Positions 36,749 to 47,157 of a DNA stretch of 64,000 nt are shown here, piece by piece. Origin of the DNA: a virus. Both the position numbers and the translations under genes were made by a program. The notes under the pieces were generated by a model. It was given only the letters and a program-made list of their open reading frames with translations. It did no database searches and was not told the DNA's origin. The first letter of the stretch is position 1. Each line of letters begins with the position of its first letter. The stretch lies in the IMG/VR virus record IMGVR_UViG_3300046333_000120. One strand, written 5' to 3'.

Positions 36749-38422
36749 ATGAAAATACAAAGCATAGAATTAAAAAACTTTGCTTCTTACGGAAATAAGA
36801 TTCAAAAGATTGAGTTTGACGAGGATAAATCAGAATTATTCCTAACTCTAGGAAAAAATGGAGAAGGTAAGACTACTATTGCTAACGCGATAGTTTTTGC
36901 CTTATATGGTAAAGTGGAAGGAGTTAAGATGTCAGATTTACCAAATAGAATTAATAAAGAGCTATGGGTACGAATTAAATTACAATGCAAATCCACAACA
37001 GTTGTTATTGAAAGAGGACTTGCGCCTGGTATTTTTAAAGTATTATTAAATGGAGTTGAATTCGACAAGGCAGGAAAGAAATCAGTACAAGATTATTTAG
37101 AAGAGGAAATATTTGGTATACCTTACCATGTATTTAAGAACATTATTATTCTATCAGTTAATGATTTTAAGTCTTTCTTAACAATGAGTAGTAATGATAA
37201 AAGACAAATCATTGATAAGATGTTTGGTTTCTCAATCATTAATGAAATGCAAACTGCAATCAAAGATGAACGAAGAGCACTGAAGAGTGATATTGATTTA
37301 TTTACTAGAGAACTTAGTCAAATAAATGAAAATGTAGAATCTGTTAGAGAGAAATTAGAATTATTAATGGTTGAAAGCCAAGAAAAAGATAAGCAAAAAA
37401 TACAAGAACTTAAAGATTCTCTTATTAAATATGATGAAAATAAAAAGAAACTTGAAGATGCACAAATAAAAATAACAGAAAATCTTGGAAATTTTGCAAC
37501 TGATTTACAAGTAAAGCAATCTACTGAATCTGAATTAAAATATAAACTGGCAGAACTTAGAAAGAAACTAGAACTTTATGAAAATAATACATGTCCAACA
37601 TGTGAAAGTACGTTAAGTGGAGATTTCCATATTGAAAGAAAGGGTGAAATTGAAAATGAATTAGACACTATTCCTGAAAGATTAGAAAAAGTAACAATCG
37701 AGGTTGATGCTGTTAAAGAATCTATTATAGATTTAAGAACAAAGGATAGGGCAGTTAGAGATAAAGTATCAACATTAAATACAAATATACGAAATTTTAA
37801 AAATGAATTGTTAAGAATTAAAGATGCAATTCAAGGTACTGCTGATTTTTCGCATCTTGAACAAATTATAAAAGATTTCGAAATTCAAGAAAAACAAAAG
37901 GAAATATCTAAAGATGAAAAATCAAATGACTATGTATTTCTAGAAATGATAGAAGAGGTTCTTGGAGAAGATGGAGTTAAAAATCTTGCAATCAAAACTA
38001 TTTTACCAGGATTAAATGCAAATATTGCAGTAATGGTACAGACAATGCACCTTCACTTTCATATTCGATTTGATGAGAAATTTAATTGTATTATTAATCA
38101 TTTAGGCGAGGAAATTAATCCAATGACTCTTTCCACAGGAGAACGTAAAAAGGCAGATTTTATTATTATTATTGCAATAATAAAAATTCTTAAGTTAAGA
38201 TTCCCTCAATTAAACCTATTATTTTTAGATGAGTTGTTAAGTTCAGTTGATGCTGATGGAATTCATAACATACTTAAGATCTTAAGCCAGGTTATAAAAG
38301 AGAGTAAGATAAATACATTTGTAATTAATCACACTCCATTACCAAGAGAAATCTTTGATGCAGAGGTACAAATATACAGAGAGAATGGATTTTCCAAATT
38401 TGATGTAATAAAAATAGATTAA
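36749..38422 (+). CDS. Rad50/SbcC-like ATPase, T4 gp46-like
   Basis: GKNGEGKTT, coiled coil, CPTC zinc hook, LSTGE, FLDE and INH motifs. Confidence 0.9.
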   Translation: MKIQSIELKNFASYGNKIQKIEFDEDKSELFLTLGKNGEGKTTIANAIVFALYGKVEGVKMSDLPNRINKELWVRIKLQCKSTTVVIERGLAPGIFKVLLNGVEFDKAGKKSVQDYLEEEIFGIPYHVFKNIIILSVNDFKSFLTMSSNDKRQIIDKMFGFSIINEMQTAIKDERRALKSDIDLFTRELSQINENVESVREKLELLMVESQEKDKQKIQELKDSLIKYDENKKKLEDAQIKITENLGNFATDLQVKQSTESELKYKLAELRKKLELYENNTCPTCESTLSGDFHIERKGEIENELDTIPERLEKVTIEVDAVKESIIDLRTKDRAVRDKVSTLNTNIRNFKNELLRIKDAIQGTADFSHLEQIIKDFEIQEKQKEISKDEKSNDYVFLEMIEEVLGEDGVKNLAIKTILPGLNANIAVMVQTMHLHFHIRFDEKFNCIINHLGEEINPMTLSTGERKKADFIIIIAIIKILKLRFPQLNLLFLDELLSSVDADGIHNILKILSQVIKESKINTFVINHTPLPREIFDAEVQIYRENGFSKFDVIKID

Positions 38423-38446
38423 GATATATAAAAATAAAAGATATCA

Positions 38447-39256
38447 ATGGCATCATATAACCAGAAATTTAATGGAGACGATAGTGTGATAAGACACCTA
38501 ATCATTGGATTTCTTGCTGATTTAAATAACAAAGTATATTTTCACAGACAACTTTCAAATGATGAAAGAGTTATAGTGGATGTTCCTTTCTATTATTCGA
38601 TATCAGGAGACGATCAATTCCTTAGAGATCAATTTTTATTTTCTACAGCAAGTGGACCAGATTGTTCGCCTGACAAAGGATTTGCAGATGGAAATTATGA
38701 TTCAATTCCAAGAGGAGTTGCTAATCTAACATCAATGTCAATAGACTCAGGTAAACTTGTTAATAAAAGAACAACTGGAAGTTACACTAAAATGAATGCA
38801 GAAGGAGCAATGGAAGGTTACACTGCAGAATTTGATATGATTCCAATTACCATGGGATTTGATATTGAAATATTGGTATCTTCTACACTGGATTCTTTTA
38901 AAATAACAGAATCAATTATCAAAAGGTTATATAAGTCAAACTATTTTAATGTAGAAGTTGGACATTTAAATGAAGGTACATACCGAATTGCATCTTATTA
39001 TGCATTCCCAGAGGATTACACACAAGAAAGACCAATTGATTATACATTTGAAGATAAGGATCAATATAAAATAACATTTGCAATAGAGGTAAATTCATTT
39101 ATACCTTCATTTGCATGGGGTAATGAGGCAGGGGTTGGTACTACTGAACGACATGTTGCAAATCGAATGTTTAGTATACAAAGTAATGCTATTAATACTA
39201 ATGCTAATCAATATAATATCAGGAACATCGATGAAACTGATATTGATAATAGATAA
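38447..39256 (+). CDS. tail sheath terminator/completion protein, T4 gp15-like
   Basis: IRHLIIGF...VPFYY...PRG...IDSGK...PITMGFDIEI pattern; late motif at 38423. Confidence 0.65.
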   Translation: MASYNQKFNGDDSVIRHLIIGFLADLNNKVYFHRQLSNDERVIVDVPFYYSISGDDQFLRDQFLFSTASGPDCSPDKGFADGNYDSIPRGVANLTSMSIDSGKLVNKRTTGSYTKMNAEGAMEGYTAEFDMIPITMGFDIEILVSSTLDSFKITESIIKRLYKSNYFNVEVGHLNEGTYRIASYYAFPEDYTQERPIDYTFEDKDQYKITFAIEVNSFIPSFAWGNEAGVGTTERHVANRMFSIQSNAINTNANQYNIRNIDETDIDNR

Positions 39257-39303
39257 CGCTATCAAAATAAAGGATATATAATAAAAGAAATAAATTAAAC
39301 AAT

Positions 39304-40065
39304 ATGACAACTAACATTCTTGCACCATTCGCAAAAGTAGAAGAGTCTTTTCAATTTTATGTAAATGGAAGAGTCTTTGAAATGAATAACAATGAAATTA
39401 AGGAAGTTGAAGTTTTAACTAACTCAACACTAATCAATGCTATTAATGCATTTGAATCTTTTGAATTTTCTAATGATTCTATTAAATGGTTCCATGGACC
39501 AAGTAAATTTATTTACAATTTAATAGAAAGTAAATTCCAACATAACACTATGTTAATTGAAGGAAGCACATTCTCAAATCATGTTTTAGCAGCAGGATTG
39601 GTAAGATATAATGAAAAAGCAAAGGCTGATTTATTTGAATCTATTCCATCATTACTTGAAAATTTTGTAAATTTAGATTTTGCAGCATCATTCAAAGGAA
39701 ATAATATTAATGTAGAATTATTTAAAATTGAAGAATCTATATTTGTTGCTCGTCTTAATAATGAAACAAGAATTTCTAAATTCTTTAAGGCTGTAAATGC
39801 AAATGAAGCATTAGAGTATGTAATGAATGAAACTGGTGAATCAGCACATTCTTTCTTAAAATCTTTATTAGAAGGAGAAGAAGCTGGTATTGCTGAAAAA
39901 CAAGAAAAAATTGAAACCTACGAATCAATGATTGCTTTCTTAAAAGACCAAAAAGGTTTATTATCTGAGTCAGATAGAAATCATGAGATAATTAAAGAAG
40001 CTGAAGGGTTAATTAATACTGAAATTAAAGAATGGGAATCTAAAATTGCAGATTTAAATGCATAA
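39304..40065 (+). CDS. hypothetical late protein
   Basis: 253 aa ORF with late motif at 39273 and a C-terminal coiled coil. Confidence 0.6.
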   Translation: MTTNILAPFAKVEESFQFYVNGRVFEMNNNEIKEVEVLTNSTLINAINAFESFEFSNDSIKWFHGPSKFIYNLIESKFQHNTMLIEGSTFSNHVLAAGLVRYNEKAKADLFESIPSLLENFVNLDFAASFKGNNINVELFKIEESIFVARLNNETRISKFFKAVNANEALEYVMNETGESAHSFLKSLLEGEEAGIAEKQEKIETYESMIAFLKDQKGLLSESDRNHEIIKEAEGLINTEIKEWESKIADLNA

Positions 40066-40084
40066 TATTTTACCAAATTAAATT

Positions 40085-40112
40085 AAAAAGGGTCGTTTAC
40101 GTCCCTTTTTTT
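40085..40112 (+). terminator. intrinsic terminator
   Basis: AAAAAGGG...CCCTTTTT stem followed by a T-run. Confidence 0.65.
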
Positions 40113-40193
40113 ATGCCTTATTTTCACAAGGTATTAAGAATGAAACAAACCTTATATTTCTTATATAATTTCTAACAATTAAACAAATTAAAA

Positions 40194-40568
40194 GTGGCTA
40201 AAACTAAAAACTATTTAAACAATAAGGATTTGCATACGGCAATGTCTGAATCTAAGGATTTAGGAGAATTGACCCCTATCGCGCAAAAAATGTTAATATT
40301 ACTAGCTGAACGTGCAATTAATAAAATGTCATATGTTAATAACGATGATAGACAAGATTGCTTACAATTTGCAATATTAGATTTATTAAAATATTGGAGA
40401 AATTTTAATCCAGATTATCCAAATGCATTTGCGTATTTTACAGAGATTGCAAAGAGAGGATATGCAAAGGGATGGAATAAAATTCATCCATTAAAATATA
40501 AAGGAACTATTTCAATTGATAGTACTTCATCTAGTGGAGAAGATGGCAGTGGAATTTATACAATATAA
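40194..40568 (+). CDS. late-transcription sigma factor, T4 gp55-like (short, 124 aa)
   Basis: NYLNNKDL, YWRNFNP and NAFAYFTEIA motifs; GTG start. Confidence 0.8.
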   Translation: MAKTKNYLNNKDLHTAMSESKDLGELTPIAQKMLILLAERAINKMSYVNNDDRQDCLQFAILDLLKYWRNFNPDYPNAFAYFTEIAKRGYAKGWNKIHPLKYKGTISIDSTSSSGEDGSGIYTI

Positions 40569-41056
40569 TGTCAATTAAAAACATCAAACCAACAAAAAAC
40601 TCAGGATTTAATCAAGGTTATTTTAACCCAAAGAATCCTGAAAAATATGCAGGACCATCTCCTATTATATATAGAAGCTCCTGGGAATATAAGTTTATGA
40701 TATGGTGTGATATTAATGACAAGGTTTTAGTGTGGTCAAGTGAACCTGTTGAAATCAAATATTGGTCTAGACAGGGAGATAAGCAACGAAAGTATTATCC
40801 TGATTTTTATTTTAAAATATTAAAACAGGATGGAAGTACTGAAGAATTTCTAGCTGAAATAAAACCAAAGGCTCAAATACAAAAGCCACAAATTCCAACA
40901 AAAATGTCTAAAAAAGCAATTGAATCCTATAAATTTCTTGCAGAACAGTATGTAAAAAATATGGATAAATATAATGCAGCTAAGCAATACGCAGTTGAAA
41001 GGAACTGGAAATTCATAGTTCTTACCGAAGATACTATTAAAAATGGGTTACGTTAA
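40568..41056 (+). CDS. head completion nuclease, T4 gp4-like (TnsA-like)
   Basis: QGYFNPKNPEKY, YRSSWE, WSSE, YYPDF and EIKP motifs. Confidence 0.88.
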   Translation: MSIKNIKPTKNSGFNQGYFNPKNPEKYAGPSPIIYRSSWEYKFMIWCDINDKVLVWSSEPVEIKYWSRQGDKQRKYYPDFYFKILKQDGSTEEFLAEIKPKAQIQKPQIPTKMSKKAIESYKFLAEQYVKNMDKYNAAKQYAVERNWKFIVLTEDTIKNGLR

Positions 41057-41642
41057 AAAACGAATAAATGAACTTTCAAAAGAACATGGAGGAAAGATAA
41101 AGGCCTCCAGTTTTTGTGAGAACTGGTTTGAAGAGTCTCTTAAGGATAGAAAGATAATAGAATCACAAATCACCAGAACTCGATTTCAAGCAGGAAAGAT
41201 TTATGTATTTGGATATATGCCAAAATATAAAGATGAGCTTCCATGGTTTGATCAGAATCCAGTTGTCCTAGCAATAGAACAAATAGGTGGAAACGATTTC
41301 GGAGTTAATTTAAATTTATTGCCAGTTCCAGTAAAGGAACAATTATTGGATGATTTATATTCAAGACTAGGAGGACCTATGCTTGCTACATCTAAAGAAA
41401 AATCAAATCCATTGAGAGAAAAACCCTTGAGAATAACATACCAAGGAATGAAAGCTTATTTAGAAAAACATGGATGTGATTTTGCATTAAGACAATATAT
41501 ACCATCTAGAAAAATAAATCAGGCAGTTGTAAGTTATTCTAAATGGCCTGAAATCGCATTGTGTAATTTTATGGAATTAAATGGCACGAATTATATGCAA
41601 ATCAGAATACAATTTAATGACTATTTTAAAAAGAATATATAA
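41043..41642 (+). CDS. DNA end protector, T4 gp2-like
   Basis: GKIYVFGYMPKYK...LPWFDQNP and GVNLNLLP motifs. Confidence 0.75.
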   Translation: MGYVKKRINELSKEHGGKIKASSFCENWFEESLKDRKIIESQITRTRFQAGKIYVFGYMPKYKDELPWFDQNPVVLAIEQIGGNDFGVNLNLLPVPVKEQLLDDLYSRLGGPMLATSKEKSNPLREKPLRITYQGMKAYLEKHGCDFALRQYIPSRKINQAVVSYSKWPEIALCNFMELNGTNYMQIRIQFNDYFKKNI

Positions 41643-41664
41643 CTAAAATTAATATTATAATATA

Positions 41665-43266
41665 ATGGCAGGATTCGTACAAAGAAATGGACCATTGAGT
41701 ACAAACAAAATACCATTTAAACTAAGTGATACACTAAAGAAGTTATCTTCTTTTGGAATGTATTACGATGATTTGGTACTTAGACAATCACAGGCAATTG
41801 GACCAGTAGAGGATGCTTTTGGATATGGTGGAATGAATCCACTGGGACTGGATAGTGATGATATGTATGGTGCATTTGCAGCTCTTTCAATGGCTGATAC
41901 CACAATGCGTAAAAATATACCATTCTTTGACCAAAACTATAAAGGTAAAAGAGAGGAACTTAGAAAATTTTCGCAACATGATGAAATTGAAGACATCTTA
42001 GATATTCTTTGTGATGAAACCATTGTATTCGATAATAAAAACTTTATAGCCAATCCTGAAATTATTGGTATGGAAGTTTCTGAAGAGGTACAAAAATATC
42101 TTAATAAAGCATACAGAGACATCTATCAATATTTTGGATTTGCGGCAGATCAATCTGCATGGTATTTTTTTAGAAAATGGTTAATTGATGGTTATCTTTC
42201 ATTCGAGATTATTTACAATCCAGAAATGAGTGAAATTATTGGTTTCAAAGAAATTGACCCAATAACATTAGTACCAGGATATAACCATGAAGATGGTAAG
42301 AAAGTTTGGATTCAGTTTAAAGATGATCCAATGAAAGAGAGAAAATTATATGATTCTCAAATTATATACATTTCTTACTCTTCGATTACTACAGCATCAA
42401 GGGTTTCTTACCTTGAAAGATTAGTTCGTTCATTTAACTTAATGAGAATCATGGAACATACCAGAGTTATTTGGGCTGTTACAAATTCATCTTATAGAAT
42501 GAAATTTATTATTCCAGTTGGAGGTAAATCAAAAACTAGAGCAAAACAATCTCTTTCTCAATTAATGGGTAACTACAAGGAAGTTGTAGATTTTGATTGG
42601 GACAGTGCATCTCTGACAACAAACGGAAAACCTATGTTACAATTCAACAAGGAATATTGGTTACCTAGCAAGGACGGTGAACAACCTGAGATTGAAACAT
42701 TAGGAGGTGAAGGACCAGAATTAAGTGATACCGAATCATTAAAATATTTCTCAGATAAACTTAAAGCAGTTTCTAAAATTCCATACTCTAGATTTATGTA
42801 TGAAGATGGCGGTGGAGATTTTGCAATGGAAGCCGATGGAATGATTAGAGATGAAATTAAATTTGCTAAATTCATCAATAGATTGCGTAGTTCATTCCAA
42901 GAAATATTAGTTAAACCATTATGGTTACAAATGTGTCTTAAATATCCTGAATTTAAAGATGACCCAGGATTTAAAACTCAAATCGCATTAAGATATAATG
43001 AGGAAAACATGTTTGCTGAATTAAAGCAAATGGAAATCATGAGTAAAAGACTTGATTTCATTGGAACTATGAAAGATTCTCTTGTTAAAACTGACCCAAT
43101 TACCATGGAAGAAACTCCATACTTTGATATGGAATTCTTAGTTGACAGATATTTAAAATTATCACCAGATGATAAAGCTGCAAATGAAGCATACAAGTCA
43201 AGAACAGCAGCAGCAAAGGCAGCTGAACCTGAAACTGAAGATCCAATGGCAGCAATGGGAATGTAA
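41665..43266 (+). CDS. portal protein, T4 gp20-like
   Basis: FRKWLIDG, EYWLP...IETLGG, SKIPYSR and RDEIKFAKFINRLR motifs. Confidence 0.92.
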   Translation: MAGFVQRNGPLSTNKIPFKLSDTLKKLSSFGMYYDDLVLRQSQAIGPVEDAFGYGGMNPLGLDSDDMYGAFAALSMADTTMRKNIPFFDQNYKGKREELRKFSQHDEIEDILDILCDETIVFDNKNFIANPEIIGMEVSEEVQKYLNKAYRDIYQYFGFAADQSAWYFFRKWLIDGYLSFEIIYNPEMSEIIGFKEIDPITLVPGYNHEDGKKVWIQFKDDPMKERKLYDSQIIYISYSSITTASRVSYLERLVRSFNLMRIMEHTRVIWAVTNSSYRMKFIIPVGGKSKTRAKQSLSQLMGNYKEVVDFDWDSASLTTNGKPMLQFNKEYWLPSKDGEQPEIETLGGEGPELSDTESLKYFSDKLKAVSKIPYSRFMYEDGGGDFAMEADGMIRDEIKFAKFINRLRSSFQEILVKPLWLQMCLKYPEFKDDPGFKTQIALRYNEENMFAELKQMEIMSKRLDFIGTMKDSLVKTDPITMEETPYFDMEFLVDRYLKLSPDDKAANEAYKSRTAAAKAAEPETEDPMAAMGM

Positions 43267-43288
43267 TTAAATAAAAACAAAAATAAAA

Positions 43289-43639
43289 ATGAAAATAATT
43301 AAAACATTCGAAGAATTTACAGGTTCATTGCAGGAAGATGCAATTGACGCCGGCGAAGATTCAAAGGTAGTGGTTGATGATGTATCATTAGATTCAGGTA
43401 AAGAAATTAAATCTACTGAAATTTTAGGAGCTATATTATCTTCTAAAACTGAAAAAGAATTTAAAGAATATTTCTATGATAATTATGGAAATGGTGCATT
43501 TACTGAAGAAGATCTTTTTACTTTAACTAAATTTTATACAGATTACCAAGAGGAAATCAATACAAAAGAAAAAGAAGAAGAAAAAGATAAAAAAGAAAAA
43601 GATAGTGGAGATAAAGAAGACCCACTAGCAGGACTATAA
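43289..43639 (+). CDS. small acidic prohead core protein (gp67/gp68 position)
   Basis: Lies between portal and protease; begins MKIIKTFEEF; highly charged. Confidence 0.55.
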   Translation: MKIIKTFEEFTGSLQEDAIDAGEDSKVVVDDVSLDSGKEIKSTEILGAILSSKTEKEFKEYFYDNYGNGAFTEEDLFTLTKFYTDYQEEINTKEKEEEKDKKEKDSGDKEDPLAGL

Positions 43640-43698
43640 CTTTAATTTTTTCACAAAATTAAAGTGATATATAATAGAAATATAATAAAATAATAATT

Positions 43699-45447
43699 AT
43701 GACTAAAAACTTACTGATCCTAGAAAGATCGTCTACGGAGTTAGAGTTTAAACAAGATGGTGGGACCTATGTTCTAGAAGGTATCTTTGGAGAAATCGAT
43801 AAGAAAAATCGTAATAACCGAATTTATACAGAAGATGAGTATCTTCCACAGATTGAAGCTCTACAGGCAAAAATTAAATCTTCAAAATTATTAGGTGAAT
43901 TAGACCACCCAAGTAACTTTGATGTTTCGCTTAAAAATGTTTCGCATATCATCGAAGAACTTACTTATGATAAAGATACTAAACAAGTTAAAGGACGTAT
44001 TCGATTACTAGATACGGATGCTGGAAGACAGGCAAAAGCTCTTGTTGATGCGGGAGTTCCTTTACAAATTTCAAGTAGAGCTGCAGGCGCAGTTGAATCT
44101 AATGGAACTGTAAAAATCAAACAATTATTTACTTATGATTTAGTGGCAGATCCTGGGTTTGAGAATGCTGAATTAAAAAGAGTTAATGAGTCTTATGGAT
44201 TTATTAATGAAGGAAACGACCTATTTATTTACGAGATAAATAATACAAATGAAAAACAAACAATCGAAAATATAAACGAAACAAAAATGGCAGAGTCAAA
44301 ATTCATTACGACCGAGGATTTTAACAAGTACTCTAAATATCTTTCTGAAGAAATTAAATCTATTAAAGAAGGTATGAATTCTTTAACAGAATCAGAGTCA
44401 AACAGTTCTCAATTAGAATCATTAAAAGAATACACAGATTATTTAGCTAAGAAATTAGATGAATCAATTACATATTCAGAACACATTGCTGAAAAAGCAG
44501 ATCAAGGTATTGCTTACTCAGAAAAACTTGCTGAAACTATGGATAATTCTATTCAATATTCAGAGCACATCGCAGAAAGTGTTGAAGCTATTAAAAACTA
44601 CACTAACTATTTAGCTGAATCTTATAATGAAGGTTCTACTTCTTATGATAACTTAATTAAATATACTGAATATTTAAGAGAGAACTTAGAGAAAGTAACT
44701 GAATATGCTGAATATGTTGCAGAAACTGTAAACTCTAACTTATTATTAGAAGATGAAGCAGGTATTCCAGCTGAAGATATTAAAGATGAAACTGAAGATG
44801 TTTCTCCTGATGTAGTTGATGCGGATGGTAATAAATATGATTCTGAAGAAGTTGAAAATAAAGAAGGTGACTTAGAGCTTAAAGGTGAAGGTGATGCTGC
44901 TGGTAAAGACGTTGATGCTATGGAAGCTTACAAAAATTCAATCTCTTCTAAATTAGAAGCATTAGTTGAAAAAGTTAACGCTAAGAAAAATGAAGGACCA
45001 ACATTCTTTAAATTTATTTCTGAAGAAAAGGTAAATGAATTTAATTCATTAAATGAAGAAGAAAAAACTAAAATTGTAAATGCAATTGAAGGTAAAGGTT
45101 ATTTAACAGAAGGACAAATCCTAGGATTATGGGCTAATTCATTAATGGGTGCAGTTCAAACACCAAGTACTCTTCCTGTTATTTCAATGATGCCTACTGA
45201 ATACCATTCAACTTGGACTAAATTATCTGAAGGTAAAAAACACCAAATAATGGCACAAGCTAAAATGGTTAAATTAGAAACAGCATATCAAGTTGCAAAC
45301 TTCTGGCAAACAAGAGACCTTAGAGAATCTGCTCCAGTTTTAGAAAAAATATCAATGATTAATGAAGCTGCTCCAGTAGAAGTTAAAACTATTGGATATG
45401 ATACTACTGATATTGCAGAACAAATTGCAAAAAGATTTAAAAAATAA
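43699..45447 (+). CDS. prohead protease (gp21-like) fused to scaffold (gp22-like)
   Basis: KNRNNRIY, GELDHP, ISSRAAG and YDLVADPGF in the first ~165 aa, followed by a helical region with YxExxAE repeats. Confidence 0.88.
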   Translation: MTKNLLILERSSTELEFKQDGGTYVLEGIFGEIDKKNRNNRIYTEDEYLPQIEALQAKIKSSKLLGELDHPSNFDVSLKNVSHIIEELTYDKDTKQVKGRIRLLDTDAGRQAKALVDAGVPLQISSRAAGAVESNGTVKIKQLFTYDLVADPGFENAELKRVNESYGFINEGNDLFIYEINNTNEKQTIENINETKMAESKFITTEDFNKYSKYLSEEIKSIKEGMNSLTESESNSSQLESLKEYTDYLAKKLDESITYSEHIAEKADQGIAYSEKLAETMDNSIQYSEHIAESVEAIKNYTNYLAESYNEGSTSYDNLIKYTEYLRENLEKVTEYAEYVAETVNSNLLLEDEAGIPAEDIKDETEDVSPDVVDADGNKYDSEEVENKEGDLELKGEGDAAGKDVDAMEAYKNSISSKLEALVEKVNAKKNEGPTFFKFISEEKVNEFNSLNEEEKTKIVNAIEGKGYLTEGQILGLWANSLMGAVQTPSTLPVISMMPTEYHSTWTKLSEGKKHQIMAQAKMVKLETAYQVANFWQTRDLRESAPVLEKISMINEAAPVEVKTIGYDTTDIAEQIAKRFKK

Positions 45448-45618
45448 TATAAATTTCATTATTTTTTGATTTTTTTAAAAAAGTCACAAATAATAAGGAT
45501 ATATAATAATATTAAAACATATTCGATCATCAGTTAAGAAGCAGAAAACTGAAATTATATCGAAAACTCGTAAAATACGAAAATAATAAAAACCATTAAA
45601 AAAATAAATTAAACAAAA

Positions 45619-47019
45619 ATGGCAAATTTAATCAATGAATCAGAAATCAGAGCAACATGGTCTCCGATTATCGAATCTGCGACAGGAATCAACGACGCTA
45701 GCAAATTAGCTTGGATGTCAGAATACTGTCACAATCACAAATTATATGAAGATGCATCTACAATGTCTTTAGGACTTGCAGGAAATATCTTTGGTATGGG
45801 AGCAACTACATTACCTTCTGCAATTGGTGCAGGTGGAGTTTCTACTGTAAATGGTTCTGGAGATAAATCTCCTTCATTATTACCTTTAGCAATGCAAGTT
45901 GCTGCACAAACTGTAGGTTTAGATTTAGTACCTGTAGTTCCTATGGCTGGACCAATGGGATTATTATCTTATTTAGACTTCGTTTATGAAGGTGGTAAAG
46001 TAGCTGGTTCTACTGCTCCAACCTATATTAAAACATCTTTAGCTGTTGATGCTGCTGATACTTTAGTAGGTACTTCAAGAATTGATGGTAAAAATATAGT
46101 AAAAGTAAGTGCTGCAACTGAAGCTGCTGGTGTTATTACTGATACTTATGCTGATGCAGAATTAGTAAAAGCATTAGAAGATCACATTAAAGGATTTGTA
46201 GCTGCAGACAACGCAGGTAACCCATTCTCAAGAGAAGCAGGTGAACAAACTCCAGACAAAGTAATGGGTCTTTCTTTATTCTCTAAATCAGTTTCAGCTG
46301 AAACTTTCCAAGTTGCTGCTGCTGTAACAAGAGAACAAGTTCAAGATTTAAAACAATTCGGAGTTGACGCTGTTGCTCAAGTTGAAGCTGTTTTAACTAA
46401 TGAATTAACTCAATCAATTAATCAATACATCTTAGGCAGATTAAGAACGTTAGGTACAACTAACATTACTAATGCTTTCGGTGCATCTACTGATTTCGAT
46501 TTAGAATTAGATGCTGCTGCATCATTAACAGGTGGTGAAACTTTACCATCAGTTCACAGAAGAATTTTATCTCAAGTATTAGCTGCTGCTAACTTAATTG
46601 CTAACAGAGGTAGAAGAGGTGCTGGTAACTTCGCTGTAGTTGGACCACAAACTGCAACTGTATTACAGTCAATCGCTGGATTCATTGCTAACCCAATGGC
46701 TAACACATTCGCACAAGCTGCTGGAGCTATCTATCCATTAGGATCTGTTGCAGGTATTAATATCTACACTGACCCAACAATGAACTGGGGAGATTATTCA
46801 GTAACTGTAGGTAGAAAAGGTGACGGAAACGGACCAGGTGTTGTATTTATGCCTTACTTAATGGCTGAATCAGTTCAAACAATCGCTGAAGGAACTATGG
46901 CTCCTAAAGTTGCTGTTAAATCTAGATTCGCATTAGTTGATGCAGGTTTCCACCCAGAAACTCAATATGTTACATTCGCAGTAACTGGAACATGGACTAA
47001 CTTATTAACATTAGCTTAA
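45619..47019 (+). CDS. major capsid protein, T4 gp23-like
   Basis: WSPIIE, DLVPVVPMAGP, QDLKQ, RGRRGAGNF and FMPY motifs; strong codon bias. Confidence 0.92.
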   Translation: MANLINESEIRATWSPIIESATGINDASKLAWMSEYCHNHKLYEDASTMSLGLAGNIFGMGATTLPSAIGAGGVSTVNGSGDKSPSLLPLAMQVAAQTVGLDLVPVVPMAGPMGLLSYLDFVYEGGKVAGSTAPTYIKTSLAVDAADTLVGTSRIDGKNIVKVSAATEAAGVITDTYADAELVKALEDHIKGFVAADNAGNPFSREAGEQTPDKVMGLSLFSKSVSAETFQVAAAVTREQVQDLKQFGVDAVAQVEAVLTNELTQSINQYILGRLRTLGTTNITNAFGASTDFDLELDAAASLTGGETLPSVHRRILSQVLAAANLIANRGRRGAGNFAVVGPQTATVLQSIAGFIANPMANTFAQAAGAIYPLGSVAGINIYTDPTMNWGDYSVTVGRKGDGNGPGVVFMPYLMAESVQTIAEGTMAPKVAVKSRFALVDAGFHPETQYVTFAVTGTWTNLLTLA

Positions 47020-47052
47020 TATTTAAATAGAATTTAACATTCTAAATATATT

Positions 47053-47111
47053 TAAGGGAACTGAGAAATCAGTTCCCTTATAAGGGAACTGAGAAATCAG
47101 TTCCCTTTTTT
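47053..47111 (+). terminator. tandemly duplicated terminator hairpin after the capsid gene
   Basis: TAAGGGAACTGA-GAAA-TCAGTTCCCTT(A) occurs twice with a 28 bp period, then a T-run. Confidence 0.85.
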
Positions 47112-47157
47112 ATGATATATAATTAACATTTATAACATATAAAATAAACAAATAACT

